A stretch of 64,000 nt of DNA from Candidatus Limnocylindria bacterium (lineage in GTDB: Bacteria; Chloroflexota; Limnocylindria; P2-11E). Numbering within the stretch: position 1 is the stretch's first letter; the number at the start of each line of letters is the position of its first letter. Positions 1 to 10,209 of this stretch are shown here, in pieces. The notes under the pieces are model-generated. The model saw nothing but the letters and a program-made list of their open reading frames with translations. It did no database searches and had not been told where the DNA came from. The stretch spans positions 39,991 through 103,990 of the forward strand of contig JBBQVQ010000001.1 in NCBI GenBank assembly GCA_038211425.1, given 5' to 3'. The position numbers and the translations under genes were made by a program.

Positions 1-564
1 CAGGCCGACCCGCCGGCCCGGGTGGCCGACGTGGCATGCGGCGTCGGCTGGGCCTCGGTGGCGATCGCACGCGCCTACCCGGGCGTATCGGTCTTCGGGT
101 TCGACCCGGACGAGTCTTCGATCGAGATCGCCCGTCGTCTGGCCCGGGAGGCCGGCGTGAACGACCGCGTGCGATTCGAGGTTCGCGACGGAGCGACCAT
201 CGGGAACGAGGGTCCGTTTGACCTCGCCGTCGTGATCGAATCGATCCACGATCTGCCCCGGCCGGTCGAGCTCCTCGCCGGCATTCGGGAGAGCCTGGCA
301 CCCGGCGGGACGCTCATAGTCGCCGACGAGAAGGTGGCCGAAACCTTCAAAACGCCGGGAGACCAGCTCGAGCGCCTGATGTACGGGTTCAGCTTCATGG
401 TCTGTTTGCCGTCCGGGCTGTCTGAGCAGCCCTCCGCGGCGACGGGCACCGTGATGCGCCCCGACACGCTCCGGCGCTATGCAGCCGACGCTGGATTCAG
501 CGAGGTGCAGATCATCGACGAGATCCAGAACGACTTCTTGCGTTTCTACCGTCTGAGGCGTTGA
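1..564 (+). CDS. class I SAM-dependent methyltransferase, 5'-truncated at window edge
   Basis: ORF 22..564. The SAM-binding motif I-like VADVACGVGWASV sits at the very N-terminus, and the post-I acidic residue and typical fold spacing follow; the gene therefore probably begins upstream of the window. Confidence 0.6.
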   Translation, partial: QADPPARVADVACGVGWASVAIARAYPGVSVFGFDPDESSIEIARRLAREAGVNDRVRFEVRDGATIGNEGPFDLAVVIESIHDLPRPVELLAGIRESLAPGGTLIVADEKVAETFKTPGDQLERLMYGFSFMVCLPSGLSEQPSAATGTVMRPDTLRRYAADAGFSEVQIIDEIQNDFLRFYRLRR

Positions 565-756
565 TCGCCACTGCGCGCAGGTCCTGAGGGAGGACTGCGG
601 CTCCCGAACGGACTGGCCTCCGGGCCCTGCTATCATCTTTATCGGTAGGCGGACCACGTCCGCGCGCCGCTCGAGCCGTGAAGGTGGGCGCAACCCACCT
701 TTTTTGTCGCCCGGAGATCGGGCGCGCGCAATTGAAGAGGAAGAGGGGAGCGCTGC

Positions 757-1971
757 ATGAATCGCGAGCTTGTCGCCGGACTCGCGCAGCTCTCCGCAGA
801 GAAGGGGCTCCCCAAAGAGGTCGTCGGAGACATCATCGCGCGCGCCCTCAAGCGCGCCTACGGCCCCGAGGAGAACATCGACGTCAAAGTCGACATCCAG
901 ACCGGCGCCTTTCGTGTCTACCTGCTGAAGAGCGTCGTCGACAAGGTGGAGGACCCCAAACTCCAGATCCAGCTCGAGTCCGCGCGCCGCATCAAACCCG
1001 ATGCGCAGCTCGGCGACGTGATCCCCCTCGAAGAGTCGGCATCCGCCCTCGGCCGGATCGGCGCCCAGACCGCCAAGCAGGTCATCCAGCAGTCGCTGCG
1101 CGAGGCGGAGCGCGAGCAGGTCTACGCCGAGTACGCCGATCGCGAGGGCGACATCATCAACGGGCAGATCGACCACTTCGAGGCCGGCTCGGCCATCATC
1201 GAGCTCGGCAAGGCCAAGGCGATCCTCCCTCGGAGCGAGCAGGCGTCGCATGAACGCTACTTCGTCGGCCAGCATCGCAAGCTGCTGGTCCTCGAGGTGC
1301 GGCGCACGATCCACGGGCCGCAGATCATCGTGAGCCGGGCGCACCGCGGCCTCGTGAAGCGCCTCTTCGAGCTCGAGGTCCCTGAGATCTACCACGGTCA
1401 GGTCGAGATCGTCGGGATCGCGCGCGAGGCGGGGTCTCGCAGCAAGATCGCCGTGCGCGCGCGGCAGCCGGGCCTGGATCCCGTGGGCGCATGCGTGGGG
1501 CAGCGCGGCCTGCGTGTGCAGGCGATCGTGAACGAGCTCGGGGGCGAGAAGATCGACATCATCCCGTTCGACGACAAGCCGGAGGCGTTCGTGAAGAACG
1601 CCCTCTCGCCGGCCCCGGTCGTGAGGGTGGACATCGTCGCCGACGACAAGACCGCATACGTCATCGTGCCGGACCGTTTCCTATCGCTCGCGATCGGCAA
1701 GGAAGGGCAGAATGCCCGGCTCGCCGCCAAGCTCACGGGTTGGCGCATCGACATCCGGAGCGAGTCGGAGGTGCGGGCGGAGGTCGAGCCCGAACCTGAG
1801 CCCGAGCCCGAGATCATCCCCGAGCCGGTCGTCATCGAGGACGAGACCGAGGTCCGTCACGACCTGGTGGCGGAGGTCGAGGCCGAGTCGGCCGCGGCCG
1901 ACGAGGATGAGCTCGAGGAGGAGGATCGCGCCCTCCTCGGCGGCAAGAAGAAGAAGGCCGAGCGCCGTTAG
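757..1971 (+). CDS. nusA: transcription termination/antitermination factor NusA
   Basis: 404 aa with the typical N-terminus [19 protein letters not shown]1/KH-like core and acidic E/P-rich C-terminal tail. ATG preceded by gaggaagagggga RBS. Lies upstream of infB. Confidence 0.93.
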   Translation: MNRELVAGLAQLSAEKGLPKEVVGDIIARALKRAYGPEENIDVKVDIQTGAFRVYLLKSVVDKVEDPKLQIQLESARRIKPDAQLGDVIPLEESASALGRIGAQTAKQVIQQSLREAEREQVYAEYADREGDIINGQIDHFEAGSAIIELGKAKAILPRSEQASHERYFVGQHRKLLVLEVRRTIHGPQIIVSRAHRGLVKRLFELEVPEIYHGQVEIVGIAREAGSRSKIAVRARQPGLDPVGACVGQRGLRVQAIVNELGGEKIDIIPFDDKPEAFVKNALSPAPVVRVDIVADDKTAYVIVPDRFLSLAIGKEGQNARLAAKLTGWRIDIRSESEVRAEVEPEPEPEPEIIPEPVVIEDETEVRHDLVAEVEAESAAADEDELEEEDRALLGGKKKKAERR

Positions 1972-2284
1972 CGCCCCGACCGGCGGCGCTCGCCGGGAGC
2001 CGCCGCAGCGCACGTGCGTCGCATGCCGCACCACGCGACCCAAGCGCGAGCTCGTGCGCGTGGTCCGCTCGCCACAGGGCGCGCTCTCCATCGACCTTCG
2101 TGGAAAGGTCTCGGGGCGCGGCGCGTACGTTTGCGCCGACGATGCGTGCGTGGAGCGTGGGCTCGGGCACGGAGCGCTGGCAAAGGCGCTCGAGGCCCCG
2201 ATCGACAGCGAGCGAGCGCGGGCCCTGGGCCAGGAGCTGGCGGCGGCGGTGCACGAGCGCCAGCGGGCGAACCGAGGAGGATAG
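1907..2284 (+). CDS. ylxR: YlxR/DUF448 family RNA-binding protein (nusA-infB operon protein)
   Basis: C-terminal part RTCVACRTTRPKRELVRVV...GRGAYVC matches the YlxR family, in the classic position between nusA and infB. The only canonical in-frame start after the open frame begins is ATG 1907, which would overlap the nusA 3' end by 65 nt; no ATG/GTG/TTG exists between the nusA stop and the conserved core. Start uncertain. Confidence 0.6.
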   Translation: MSSRRRIAPSSAARRRRPSAVSAPTGGARREPPQRTCVACRTTRPKRELVRVVRSPQGALSIDLRGKVSGRGAYVCADDACVERGLGHGALAKALEAPIDSERARALGQELAAAVHERQRANRGG

Positions 2285-2287
2285 GCG

Positions 2288-4189
2288 ATGCCGAAGGCGA
2301 GACCGAGGCGTTTCCCGCCGCAGCGCGGCCCGCGACCCCGTCGGCGACCGTCGCGAGGGCAGCCGGCGGCCGTGGTCGTCGCGCCCGCTCCTGCCGTCGC
2401 GGTCATCCCCGAGGACCAGGGCTCCATCATCCTCCCAAAGACCATCCCCGTCGGCGAGCTCGCGAAAACGTTGGATATCAGCGTGGTCGACGTGATCCGC
2501 GCGCTCGTGAACATGGGGGTGATGGCGACGATCAACCAGACCGTCGACTTCGAGACCGCCTCGCTCGTCGCGAGCGAGCTCGGTTTCGAGGTCGTGCCCG
2601 AGGAGGACGTCGTCCCGGAGCTGGAGGCTCTGCCGACGGAGCCGGTGTCGACCAAGCAGGTGCTATGGACCGACGAAGACACCTCGAAGCTCCGTACCAG
2701 ACCGCCGGTGGTGACCATCCTCGGTCACGTCGACCACGGCAAGACCAGCCTCCTCGACGCGATCCGGGAGACGAACGTCACCGCCCGCGAGGCTGGCGGG
2801 ATCACGCAACACATCGGCGCGTACCAGATCGAGCACAAGGGACGGAAGGTCACCTTCCTCGACACGCCGGGGCACGAAGCGTTCACGGCGATGCGCGCTC
2901 GTGGGGCGCAGGTAACCGATGTTGCGATCCTCGTCGTCGCCGCCGACGACGGCGTCCAGCCTCAGACGGTGGAGGCGATATCGCACGTACGCGCGGCCGG
3001 CGTGCCGATCGTCGTCGCGCTCAACAAGATCGACAAGAGCGACGCGAACCCCGACCAGGTGAAGGGCCAGCTCGCCGAGCAGAGCGTGACGATCGAGGAG
3101 TACGGCGGAGAAGTGCCGCTGGTGGCGGTGTCGGCCAGGACCAAGCAGGGCATCGAAGAGCTCGTCGAGGTCGTCCTCCTGGTGGCTGACGTCGCCGATC
3201 TCAAGGCCGACCCGGACCGCTCCGCGATCGGCCGCGTCATCGAAGCGCACCTGGACAAGGGCCGCGGACCAGTTGCGACGGTCCTCGTGCAGACAGGCAC
3301 GCTCGACCGCGGCGATCTCATCGTCGCGGGGACGACCTTCGGAAAGGTCCGCGCGATGACCGACCACAACGGCAAGAGCATCGGCCGGGCAGAGCCCTCG
3401 CGACCCGTGCAGATCCTCGGCCTTCCCGAGGTGCCCGAGGCCGGCGACGTGCTTCGCGCGGTGGCCGACGAGAAGACGGCCCGTGCTCAGGCGGCGCAGA
3501 ACGCGCGCGATCGCGCGGCGGCGACAGGCAGCGAGCGCCCGGCGACGCTCGACGAGATGTTCGCCCAGGTCAAGGAGGGGAAGGCCAAGGAGCTCAAGAT
3601 CGTGCTGAAGACCGACGTACAAGGCTCGCTCGAGGCGATCAAGGGGGCGCTGGCGAAGGTCCCCCAGGACGAGGTGGCGCTGAACGTGATCCACGACGCG
3701 GTGGGCGACATCACCGAGTCGGACGTCACGCTCGCGGCCGCGTCGGGGGCGGTCGTGATCGGCTTCAACAACCGCGTCGACGTCCCCGCCAAGCGCGCGG
3801 CCGAGCAGGGCACCGTCGACATCCGGCAGTACAAGGTCATCTACGAGCTGCTCGAGGACGTGGAGAAGGCGCTCACCGGGATGCTCGAGCCAGAGATGGT
3901 GGAGAGCACCCTGGGCCACGCGGAGGTGCGCGCGATCTTCACCGCGGGGAAGACCACGATCGCGGGCTGCATGGTCGTCGATGGCCTGATGCGCCGTGGA
4001 GTTCAGGCGCGGCTCATCCGAGGCGGCGCACCGGTGCACGAGGGGCGGATCGACACTCTTCGGCGCGTGAAGGACGACGCGCGCGAGGTCAACGCCGGGC
4101 TCGAGTGCGGGATCGTCCTCGAGGGACACAACGACGTGCTCGTGGGCGACGTGATCGAGTGCTACGTGATCCAGCCCAAGCCCAGGTAA
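2288..4189 (+). CDS. infB: translation initiation factor IF-2
   Basis: 633 aa, R/P-rich N-terminus, G-domain [27 protein letters not shown] with ggaggatagg RBS. Follows nusA/ylxR. Confidence 0.95.
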   Translation: MPKARPRRFPPQRGPRPRRRPSRGQPAAVVVAPAPAVAVIPEDQGSIILPKTIPVGELAKTLDISVVDVIRALVNMGVMATINQTVDFETASLVASELGFEVVPEEDVVPELEALPTEPVSTKQVLWTDEDTSKLRTRPPVVTILGHVDHGKTSLLDAIRETNVTAREAGGITQHIGAYQIEHKGRKVTFLDTPGHEAFTAMRARGAQVTDVAILVVAADDGVQPQTVEAISHVRAAGVPIVVALNKIDKSDANPDQVKGQLAEQSVTIEEYGGEVPLVAVSARTKQGIEELVEVVLLVADVADLKADPDRSAIGRVIEAHLDKGRGPVATVLVQTGTLDRGDLIVAGTTFGKVRAMTDHNGKSIGRAEPSRPVQILGLPEVPEAGDVLRAVADEKTARAQAAQNARDRAAATGSERPATLDEMFAQVKEGKAKELKIVLKTDVQGSLEAIKGALAKVPQDEVALNVIHDAVGDITESDVTLAAASGAVVIGFNNRVDVPAKRAAEQGTVDIRQYKVIYELLEDVEKALTGMLEPEMVESTLGHAEVRAIFTAGKTTIAGCMVVDGLMRRGVQARLIRGGAPVHEGRIDTLRRVKDDAREVNAGLECGIVLEGHNDVLVGDVIECYVIQPKPR

Positions 4190-4192
4190 TCG

Positions 4193-4546
4193 TTGCCGTA
4201 CAAGAGGACCGATCGGGTCAACTCGCTCCTCCAGCGCGAGCTGGGGACGATCATCAGCGAGGAGCTTCGCGATCCACGGATCAGTTTTCCGACCGTGACG
4301 GCCGTGGAGACCAGTCCGGACCTACGACGCGCACGCGTCTTCGTGAGCGTGCTCGGGGACGACGACGCGGTCGCATCCACCATGACGGCGCTCGAGGATG
4401 CCCGCCAGCATCTGCGGCACGAGATCGGCGAGCGCACCGAGCTGCGCTTCGTTCCCGACCTCAGTTTCGTCGCGGACCGGTCGGCCGCGACCGCCACGCG
4501 CATCGCCGCGCTGCTTCGGGAAGCGACAAAGGGCCGCACGGAGTGA
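4193..4546 (+). CDS. rbfA: ribosome-binding factor A
   Basis: 117 aa with MPYKRTDRVNSLLQRELGTIIS, typical of RbfA. TTG start directly after the infB stop. Confidence 0.85.
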   Translation: MPYKRTDRVNSLLQRELGTIISEELRDPRISFPTVTAVETSPDLRRARVFVSVLGDDDAVASTMTALEDARQHLRHEIGERTELRFVPDLSFVADRSAATATRIAALLREATKGRTE

Positions 4547-5508
4547 ACGAGGTGGTGCGACGCCTGCGCGAGGCGCGGCGGATCGCGATCGTTTCGCACC
4601 GCGATCCGGATGCCGACACGATCGGCTCGGGCATCGCGCTCGGCCTCGCGCTGGAATCGCTCGGCGCGGGCGTCAGCTGGCACTGCGCGGACCCGGTGCC
4701 CGACTCGATCCTGTTCCTCGCGCGCTCGGAGCGATACGTCACCGAACCGCCACCCGATGACGTCGACCTCGTCGTCACCGTCGACTTCGGCGACGCCACG
4801 CGCGCGAAGTTCGCCCTGCCGAGCGGGCCGCCGCTCGTGAACATCGATCACCACGTCTCCAACCCGGGGTTCGGGGAGGCGAACCTGGTCGATCCCACGT
4901 CGGCGGCGACAGCGGAGCTCGTCTCGCGCGTCATCGACGCCCTCGGAGTTCCATGGACCTCAGAGATGGCGACCGCTGCGCTCGTCGGGATCATGACCGA
5001 CACGGGGTCGTTCCAGTTCCCGAACACCGACGGGCGCGCCCTGGCACGCGCCGCACGACTGCGGGCCGCCGGGGCCGATCTGCAGGCGATCACGTACAAC
5101 GTGTTCCGGAACAAGCGCTTCGAGGCGCTGAAGCTGTGGGGGTTCGCGTTCTCGCGCCTGGCGCGCGAGTTCGACGGCGAGCTGGTGTGGACCGAGTTGC
5201 GGTCAGGGGACCTGCGGGAGGCGATGGCGCGCGACGAGGACGCTTCGGGGCTCGTCGAACAGATCGCCCGGAGCAAAGGGATGCGCCTGGCGCTGCTCTT
5301 CACCGAGGTGCCGGAGGGCGTGAAGATCTCGTGTCGGACGTCGGCATCGCCGCCTTCGGTGGATGCGTCCGCGCTGATGGGCCGGTACGCCGGCGGCGGG
5401 CACGCCCGCGCGGCCGGTGCGCTCGTGCTCGGCGATCCCGCGCTGATCCGCGAACAGGTCCTCACCGATGCTCGCGGCGCGCTGGCCGCGGCTCGCGTTC
5501 CGGCCTGA
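4543..5508 (+). CDS. nrnA: DHH-family phosphoesterase NrnA (bifunctional oligoribonuclease/pAp phosphatase)
   Basis: DHH motifs (IVSHRDPDADTIGS, DHH, GGGH) in ORF 4105..5508. The R-rich upstream extension is judged spurious. GTG at 4543 overlaps the rbfA stop as GTGA. Conserved position after rbfA in actinobacterial operons. Confidence 0.8.
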   Translation: MNEVVRRLREARRIAIVSHRDPDADTIGSGIALGLALESLGAGVSWHCADPVPDSILFLARSERYVTEPPPDDVDLVVTVDFGDATRAKFALPSGPPLVNIDHHVSNPGFGEANLVDPTSAATAELVSRVIDALGVPWTSEMATAALVGIMTDTGSFQFPNTDGRALARAARLRAAGADLQAITYNVFRNKRFEALKLWGFAFSRLAREFDGELVWTELRSGDLREAMARDEDASGLVEQIARSKGMRLALLFTEVPEGVKISCRTSASPPSVDASALMGRYAGGGHARAAGALVLGDPALIREQVLTDARGALAAARVPA

Positions 5509-6281
5509 CCCTCCAGCCCACCCCCGAGGGCATCCTTCCCATCGACAAGCCGTCCGGCTGGACGTCGCACGACGTCGTCGCGGTCGCCCGCGGGGTGATC
5601 GGCACGCGGCGCGTCGGGCATGGTGGGACGCTCGACCCGCTCGCAACGGGGCTTCTTCCGTTGCTGGTGGGCCGCGCGACGAAGTCCGCCGAGCTGTTGC
5701 ACGCATCACCGAAGGCGTACGCCGCGGTCGTCCGCTTCGGGTACGAGACGCCGACCGACGATCTGGAAGGCGCTGCGGCGCGCGCCGCGGCGGTGCCCGC
5801 TGGGGACACCGAGTGGCTCGATCAGCGCCTCCGGTCCTTCCGCGGGACCATCACGCAGGTGCCGCCCGACTTCGCAGCGGTAAAGATCGGCGGGAGACCG
5901 GCGTACGCGCGCGCGAGGGCGGGCGAGACGACCGTGCTACGACCGAGGGAGGTCACCGTCGAGCGCCTATCGATCGCGTCATGGCGACCGCCCGACCTGT
6001 TCGTGCTGGTGGTGTGCGGACGGGGCACCTATATCCGGGCGCTCGCGCGCGATATCGGGCGTGCCGCCGGATCCGCGGCCCACCTAGCGTCGCTGCGACG
6101 GCTCGCCGTGGGCGCGCTTGATGCGGCCGCCGCCATCGGCGTAGAGGCCATGCGCGCACGCGGGCGCGACGCTCTATTGACCGGCCTCATACCTGCCGAC
6201 CCGGGTATCGCCGTCCTTGATGACCGCTATCGCACCGAGTCGGCCGATAAACTTCTGGGTGACTGGGGCCAACGACCATGA
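5505..6281 (+). CDS. truB: tRNA pseudouridine(55) synthase TruB
   Basis: Conserved TruB N-terminus GILPIDKPSGWTSHDVV and catalytic core lie in frame, but no ATG/GTG/TTG occurs between the upstream stop and the conserved region. An in-frame CTG at 5505 forms a CTGA overlap with the nrnA stop codon (5506-5508). The proposed CTG start is inferential. Confidence 0.7.
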   Translation: MTLQPTPEGILPIDKPSGWTSHDVVAVARGVIGTRRVGHGGTLDPLATGLLPLLVGRATKSAELLHASPKAYAAVVRFGYETPTDDLEGAAARAAAVPAGDTEWLDQRLRSFRGTITQVPPDFAAVKIGGRPAYARARAGETTVLRPREVTVERLSIASWRPPDLFVLVVCGRGTYIRALARDIGRAAGSAAHLASLRRLAVGALDAAAAIGVEAMRARGRDALLTGLIPADPGIAVLDDRYRTESADKLLGDWGQRP

Positions 6282-7690
6282 TCCTGAAGACCATCGAGCG
6301 CGCGGTCCGCGGGCTGCTCTTCGCCTGGCAGCAGCTATCGCTGGACGCCAAGGCCGTCGGCGGGATCGCGACCGCGAATTGGCTGCTTCTGTTCGCGAAC
6401 CACACGACCGTGGGGGCCGAGCGCGACGTGCCGCTGTGGCAACTGTTCCCGCTCGCGGCCGCGGTCGTCTTCCTCGTTGTGACGGGGACGCTCGCGGTGA
6501 CCTATCCGCTGCGCGACCGACGGCGGGGGCCGGCCTTCACGCCGCGCGCCCGTGCGGTCCACCTCGCCGCGATCGTCACCGCGTTCGTGATCGTTCCGAC
6601 GCTGGCCTCGATCATCCTGCGCGAGACAGGACGGCCATATACCTACATCCACGACGGCGCGCTCATGATCGAGGAGGCGTCACGAAAGCTGCTCGCGGGC
6701 CAGAACCCGTACGTCGCCGACTACCTGGACACGCCCCTCTATTACTGGCCCATGCTGAACAACCCCGCCCTCTACCACCTGACCTATTTCCCGCTGCTCT
6801 TCCTGATAACGGCGCCCTTCGTGTGGGCCTTCGGTCACCTCGGGGCCTTCTGGGACGAGCGGTATCTGTATCTCCCCGCGTTCGTCGCAACGCTCGTGAT
6901 CGTGCTCTTCCTGATCCGGGGCACCGAGCGGCGCCTATCCGCCGTCGCGCTCGTCGGCCTGAACCCCCAGCTGTTTCCCTTCGTCGTGGAAGGCCGCAAC
7001 GACTTCTTCGTATTGCTGTTCCTCTTCGCGGGCATCGCTCTTCTACAGCGCGAGCGGCGCGCGCTCGCGGGCCTCGCCTTCGCCGCGGGCGCGGCGGCCA
7101 AGCTGCACGCGATCTTCATCCTGCCATTCGTGATCGTGTACATGGTCGCCACGAAACGTCCGCGCACCATCCGCGACGCTTGGACCATCCTGTGGCGCCC
7201 ACTGTGGCCGGCCGCCCTGCTGCTCGGAGTGACCTTCCTGCCGTTCCTGCTGAATGATTGGGGCGCCTTCTACGACGATGTCGTGCGATACAACGCCGGA
7301 GGCGCGGCATGGACGTACCCGATCAGCGGCATGGGCTTCTCCGCTCTGCTGCTCTCGCTGGGGGTGATCCCGTACCGGCAGGCCGACTTCCCCTTTGCGG
7401 TGATCGAGATCGCCGTCGCGGCGCCCATCGCGGTGTGGTCCTTGCGCCGGTCATGGCGGACGCCGACGATCCCCATTCTGCTGGGCGGTTACGCCGCGAC
7501 GCTCCTGGTGTTCCTCTTCTTCGGCCGCTACTTCCAAGGTAACTACCTCGGGTACATCCTCGCGGTCGCGACGCCGATCCCCTTCCTGCGCTCGATACCA
7601 CGTAAGCGGTCCCGGGCGGCGCGCCATGCGGCGCGCAGCCGCACCGTCGGCGCCCCCGCCTCCGCGTCACCGCTTCGATCCATCGATTGA
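6278..7690 (+). CDS. polytopic membrane protein, GT-C-like glycosyltransferase (DUF2029 / mannosyltransferase-like)
   Basis: 470 aa with more than 10 predicted TM helices and aromatic-rich loops. ATG overlaps the truB stop (ATGA). The family assignment is tentative. Confidence 0.55.
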   Translation: MILKTIERAVRGLLFAWQQLSLDAKAVGGIATANWLLLFANHTTVGAERDVPLWQLFPLAAAVVFLVVTGTLAVTYPLRDRRRGPAFTPRARAVHLAAIVTAFVIVPTLASIILRETGRPYTYIHDGALMIEEASRKLLAGQNPYVADYLDTPLYYWPMLNNPALYHLTYFPLLFLITAPFVWAFGHLGAFWDERYLYLPAFVATLVIVLFLIRGTERRLSAVALVGLNPQLFPFVVEGRNDFFVLLFLFAGIALLQRERRALAGLAFAAGAAAKLHAIFILPFVIVYMVATKRPRTIRDAWTILWRPLWPAALLLGVTFLPFLLNDWGAFYDDVVRYNAGGAAWTYPISGMGFSALLLSLGVIPYRQADFPFAVIEIAVAAPIAVWSLRRSWRTPTIPILLGGYAATLLVFLFFGRYFQGNYLGYILAVATPIPFLRSIPRKRSRAARHAARSRTVGAPASASPLRSID

Positions 7691-8619
7691 GGTCAGGCAA
7701 ACCCGCCCGGGAGCTGCACGACTTCGCCGGCTGGCCCGATGGCCCCCTGCACCTGGCGATCGGCGTCTTCGACGGTGTGCATCTCGGGCATCGGGCGCTG
7801 ATCTCGCACCTCGCGGCCCAGGCCACCGACGTGGGCGCCGCTCCGATCGCCGCGACATTCGATCCACTGCCCATCCAGGTGGTCGCCCCGGGTGCGCCCG
7901 CGTCGGCATTGTCCTCGGCGCAGGAGCGGACGTGTCTGCTCGCTGAGGCGGGGGCGTCCGCGGTCGTCCTCTTCGGCTTCGACGAGCGCTTCGCATCGCT
8001 GAGCGCGGACGAGTTCGTCGGCGGCGTCGCCGCCGCGGGCGACGTCCGCCGGGTCGTGGTCGGTCCCGACTTCCAGTTCGGCCACGGGCGCGAGGGCGAC
8101 GTCCGGACGCTGGCCAGGCTTGGTGCGGAGATGAGCTTCGAGGTCGAGGTTTTCCCGCCATTCGAGATCGACGGCGTCCCGGTCAGCTCCACGCGCATAC
8201 GCAACTCCCTCGCTGTCGGCGCGGTGGAGGAGGCAGCTCGACTTCTCGGACGCCCGTATGCGGTCGAGGGCGACGTCGTCCATGGCAGCAGCCGCGGGCG
8301 CGGCCTCGGCTTTCCGACCCTGAACATCGCGACGCCGCCGGAGCGCCTTCTGCCGAAGGACGGCATCTACGCGATGCGCGTCATGCTCGACGGGCGCGAG
8401 TACGCGGCGGCCGCGAGCCTCGGCGTCCGTCCCACCTTCGGCGGGGGGCCGAAGGTGCTGGAGGCGCACCTCCTCGATTTCGGGGCCGACGCCTACGGGC
8501 GACGGGCGACGGCAGCCTTCATCCGCTGGCTCCGCGACGAGCGGCACTTCGGGTCGCCCGGGGAGCTCACGGCGCAGATCGCCCGCGACGTCGAAGCGAC
8601 CCGCGCGGCGTTGGCGTAG
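7687..8619 (+). CDS. ribF: bifunctional riboflavin kinase / FMN adenylyltransferase
   Basis: 310 aa with LAIGVFDGVHLGHRALI (FAD-synthetase nucleotidyl-transferase motif) and a C-terminal riboflavin-kinase domain (GFPTLNI..PTFGG..LEAHLLDF). TTG start overlapping the upstream stop (TTGA). Confidence 0.9.
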   Translation: MRSGKPARELHDFAGWPDGPLHLAIGVFDGVHLGHRALISHLAAQATDVGAAPIAATFDPLPIQVVAPGAPASALSSAQERTCLLAEAGASAVVLFGFDERFASLSADEFVGGVAAAGDVRRVVVGPDFQFGHGREGDVRTLARLGAEMSFEVEVFPPFEIDGVPVSSTRIRNSLAVGAVEEAARLLGRPYAVEGDVVHGSSRGRGLGFPTLNIATPPERLLPKDGIYAMRVMLDGREYAAAASLGVRPTFGGGPKVLEAHLLDFGADAYGRRATAAFIRWLRDERHFGSPGELTAQIARDVEATRAALA

Positions 8620-8826
8620 GCCGCCTGCGGCACGACGCCACGGTCGGCTGAAGTTGACGCCGCGCCGGGGTGCCTTGCGTAGGTCGCTGGAGTTGCCTCG
8701 GCGCGCTCCGTGGAGCTGGGGACACGGTCCAGTCCCGTCGCTTTCGCGGCACGCACTGATGGAATACCCTCGCGGTACCGTTCGTTGTGGTTGTAGGAGC
8801 AACTTCTAGCTCATGAGGAGAGACCC

Positions 8827-9801
8827 GTGCCCGCTGTGACCGTTGCCAATCCGCTCGACCTGCCGATCGTCTCGGTGTCCACTGTCGGGGACACCCGGCC
8901 TCGGCCGGTGCGCGGCGTCGTGAGCGCCCTGAAGACATTCGAAGGCGAGGGGTTCCCGGTCCGAAGGCCGTTTCCGGGCATCGATCGCCGGATCGCCGAC
9001 CCGTTCCTCATGCTCGACCAGATGGGGGAGGTCGAGTACGCCCCGGGCGAAGCCAAGGGTGCTCCGGACCACCCGCACCGGGGGTTCGAGACGGTCACGT
9101 ACATGATCGATGGCGCGTTCGAGCACAAGGACTCGACGGGCGGCGGCGGCCTCATCACGAACGGCGCGACGCAGTGGATGACCGCGGGCGCGGGCATCGT
9201 CCACTCCGAGATGCCACCGGAGAAGCTCGTCGCGAGCGGCGGACTCTTCCACGGCGTCCAGCTGTGGGTCAATCTGCCCCGCGCAGAGAAGTGGACGCCC
9301 GCGCGCTACCAGGACATCGACGCGGCTTCGCTCGTGCTCCTGCGTTCTGCCGACGGCGGCGCGCTCATCCGCGTCATCGCCGGCACCCTCGCCGGCCACG
9401 CCGGGCCGGGCGTGACGCACACACCGATCACGTACGCCCACGTGACGCTTCTCCCGGGCGCCCAGCTCGAGACCCCGTGGTCGCCCGACTTCAACGCGCT
9501 CGTCTACGCCCTCGCCGGCTCCGGAACCGTCGGCACCGAGCGGGTCCGCCTGGACTCAGGTCAGCTGGCGGTCTTCGGGCCAGGTGACACCGTCCGCGTC
9601 GACGCGAGCCCGCGTCAGGACGGCCGAACGCCCTCGTTCGACGTCCTCATGCTCGGTGGCCGCCCGATCGGCGAGCCGGTGGTGCAATACGGGCCCTTCG
9701 TGATGAACACGCGGGAGGAGATCCTGCAAGCCATCGCCGACTACCAGAGCGGCCGTATGGGCTCGATCCCCGCCACCCACTTCGGCGCCGGCCCCCGCTG
9801 A
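8827..9801 (+). CDS. pirin family protein (bicupin)
   Basis: 324 aa with HPHRGFETVTYMIDGAFEHKDSTG cupin metal-site motif. GTG start with gaggag RBS 8 nt upstream. Confidence 0.85.
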   Translation: MPAVTVANPLDLPIVSVSTVGDTRPRPVRGVVSALKTFEGEGFPVRRPFPGIDRRIADPFLMLDQMGEVEYAPGEAKGAPDHPHRGFETVTYMIDGAFEHKDSTGGGGLITNGATQWMTAGAGIVHSEMPPEKLVASGGLFHGVQLWVNLPRAEKWTPARYQDIDAASLVLLRSADGGALIRVIAGTLAGHAGPGVTHTPITYAHVTLLPGAQLETPWSPDFNALVYALAGSGTVGTERVRLDSGQLAVFGPGDTVRVDASPRQDGRTPSFDVLMLGGRPIGEPVVQYGPFVMNTREEILQAIADYQSGRMGSIPATHFGAGPR

Positions 9802-10183
9802 GCGCGAACCCGGGGCCTGGACCGAGCCCCCCGTTGCGCGACAAGCGTTCGCGCAAAAGGCCAGCTTCCAAAAGCCTGCCCTCCGGCGAACCAATGTGCA
9901 GTCGTAGACAGCGGCAGCGCGGTTACGGCGTCTTCTGAAGCAGAGCCGAATGGAGCCGCGCCGAGGCGGCTCCAGGGAGGGTGCGCGCCCGCTACGGCGA
10001 CCCGGGTGCGGGCCACTGCAGGATAAAGGCGCGCTCGCACCCGCGGAGCGCCCGCAGGACCCGACGGATCGGCGTGCAGCCCGACCGACGCAAGGCGCCC
10101 CGGCTCGGCGTCGACTTCAGAACTACGCGCCGTTCGACTGCAGCGCTGGCGTGTCGACTCCGGGCCTCGTGCGACGCGTCGGA

Positions 10184-10206
10184 GCGCCGACCTTAGAGGT
10201 CGGCGC
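10184..10206 (-). terminator. 9-bp GC stem-loop 4 nt downstream of the minus-strand SBP stop (candidate terminator, no U-tract)
   Basis: gcgccgacc-ttaga-ggtcggcgc perfect inverted repeat. Located between convergent pirin (+) and SBP (-) genes. Confidence 0.3.
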
Positions 10207-10209
10207 CGA

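Noticed and set aside
1790-1960. EPEPEPEPE / acidic low-complexity microsatellite-like stretch at the nusA 3' end
   Set aside because: Typical acidic C-terminal tail of actinobacterial NusA; it is coding, not a repeat element.
2014-3189. Long R/G/P-rich ORFs on alternative frames and strands
   Set aside because: Arginine-rich, motif-less translations overlapping well-supported genes are the usual spurious antisense ORFs of about 70% GC DNA. Other examples are 22391..23287, 50038..52641, 46772..47308 and 46958..48415 beyond its C-terminus.
4105-4542. Long N-terminal extension of nrnA (track ORF start 4105) and similar extensions of ask (27866), kdgD-like (36787), hflX (50846), FAD oxidase (47040), integrase (43918) and iron-permease-like (29876)
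   Set aside because: The extensions are R/P-rich, overlap the upstream gene and lack homology. Internal starts with RBS or 4-nt coupling give canonical protein lengths.
9836-9860. 8-bp hairpin ttgcgcga-caagcgt-tcgcgcaa after the pirin stop as an intrinsic terminator
   Set aside because: Short stem, no U-tract on either strand; too weak to call.
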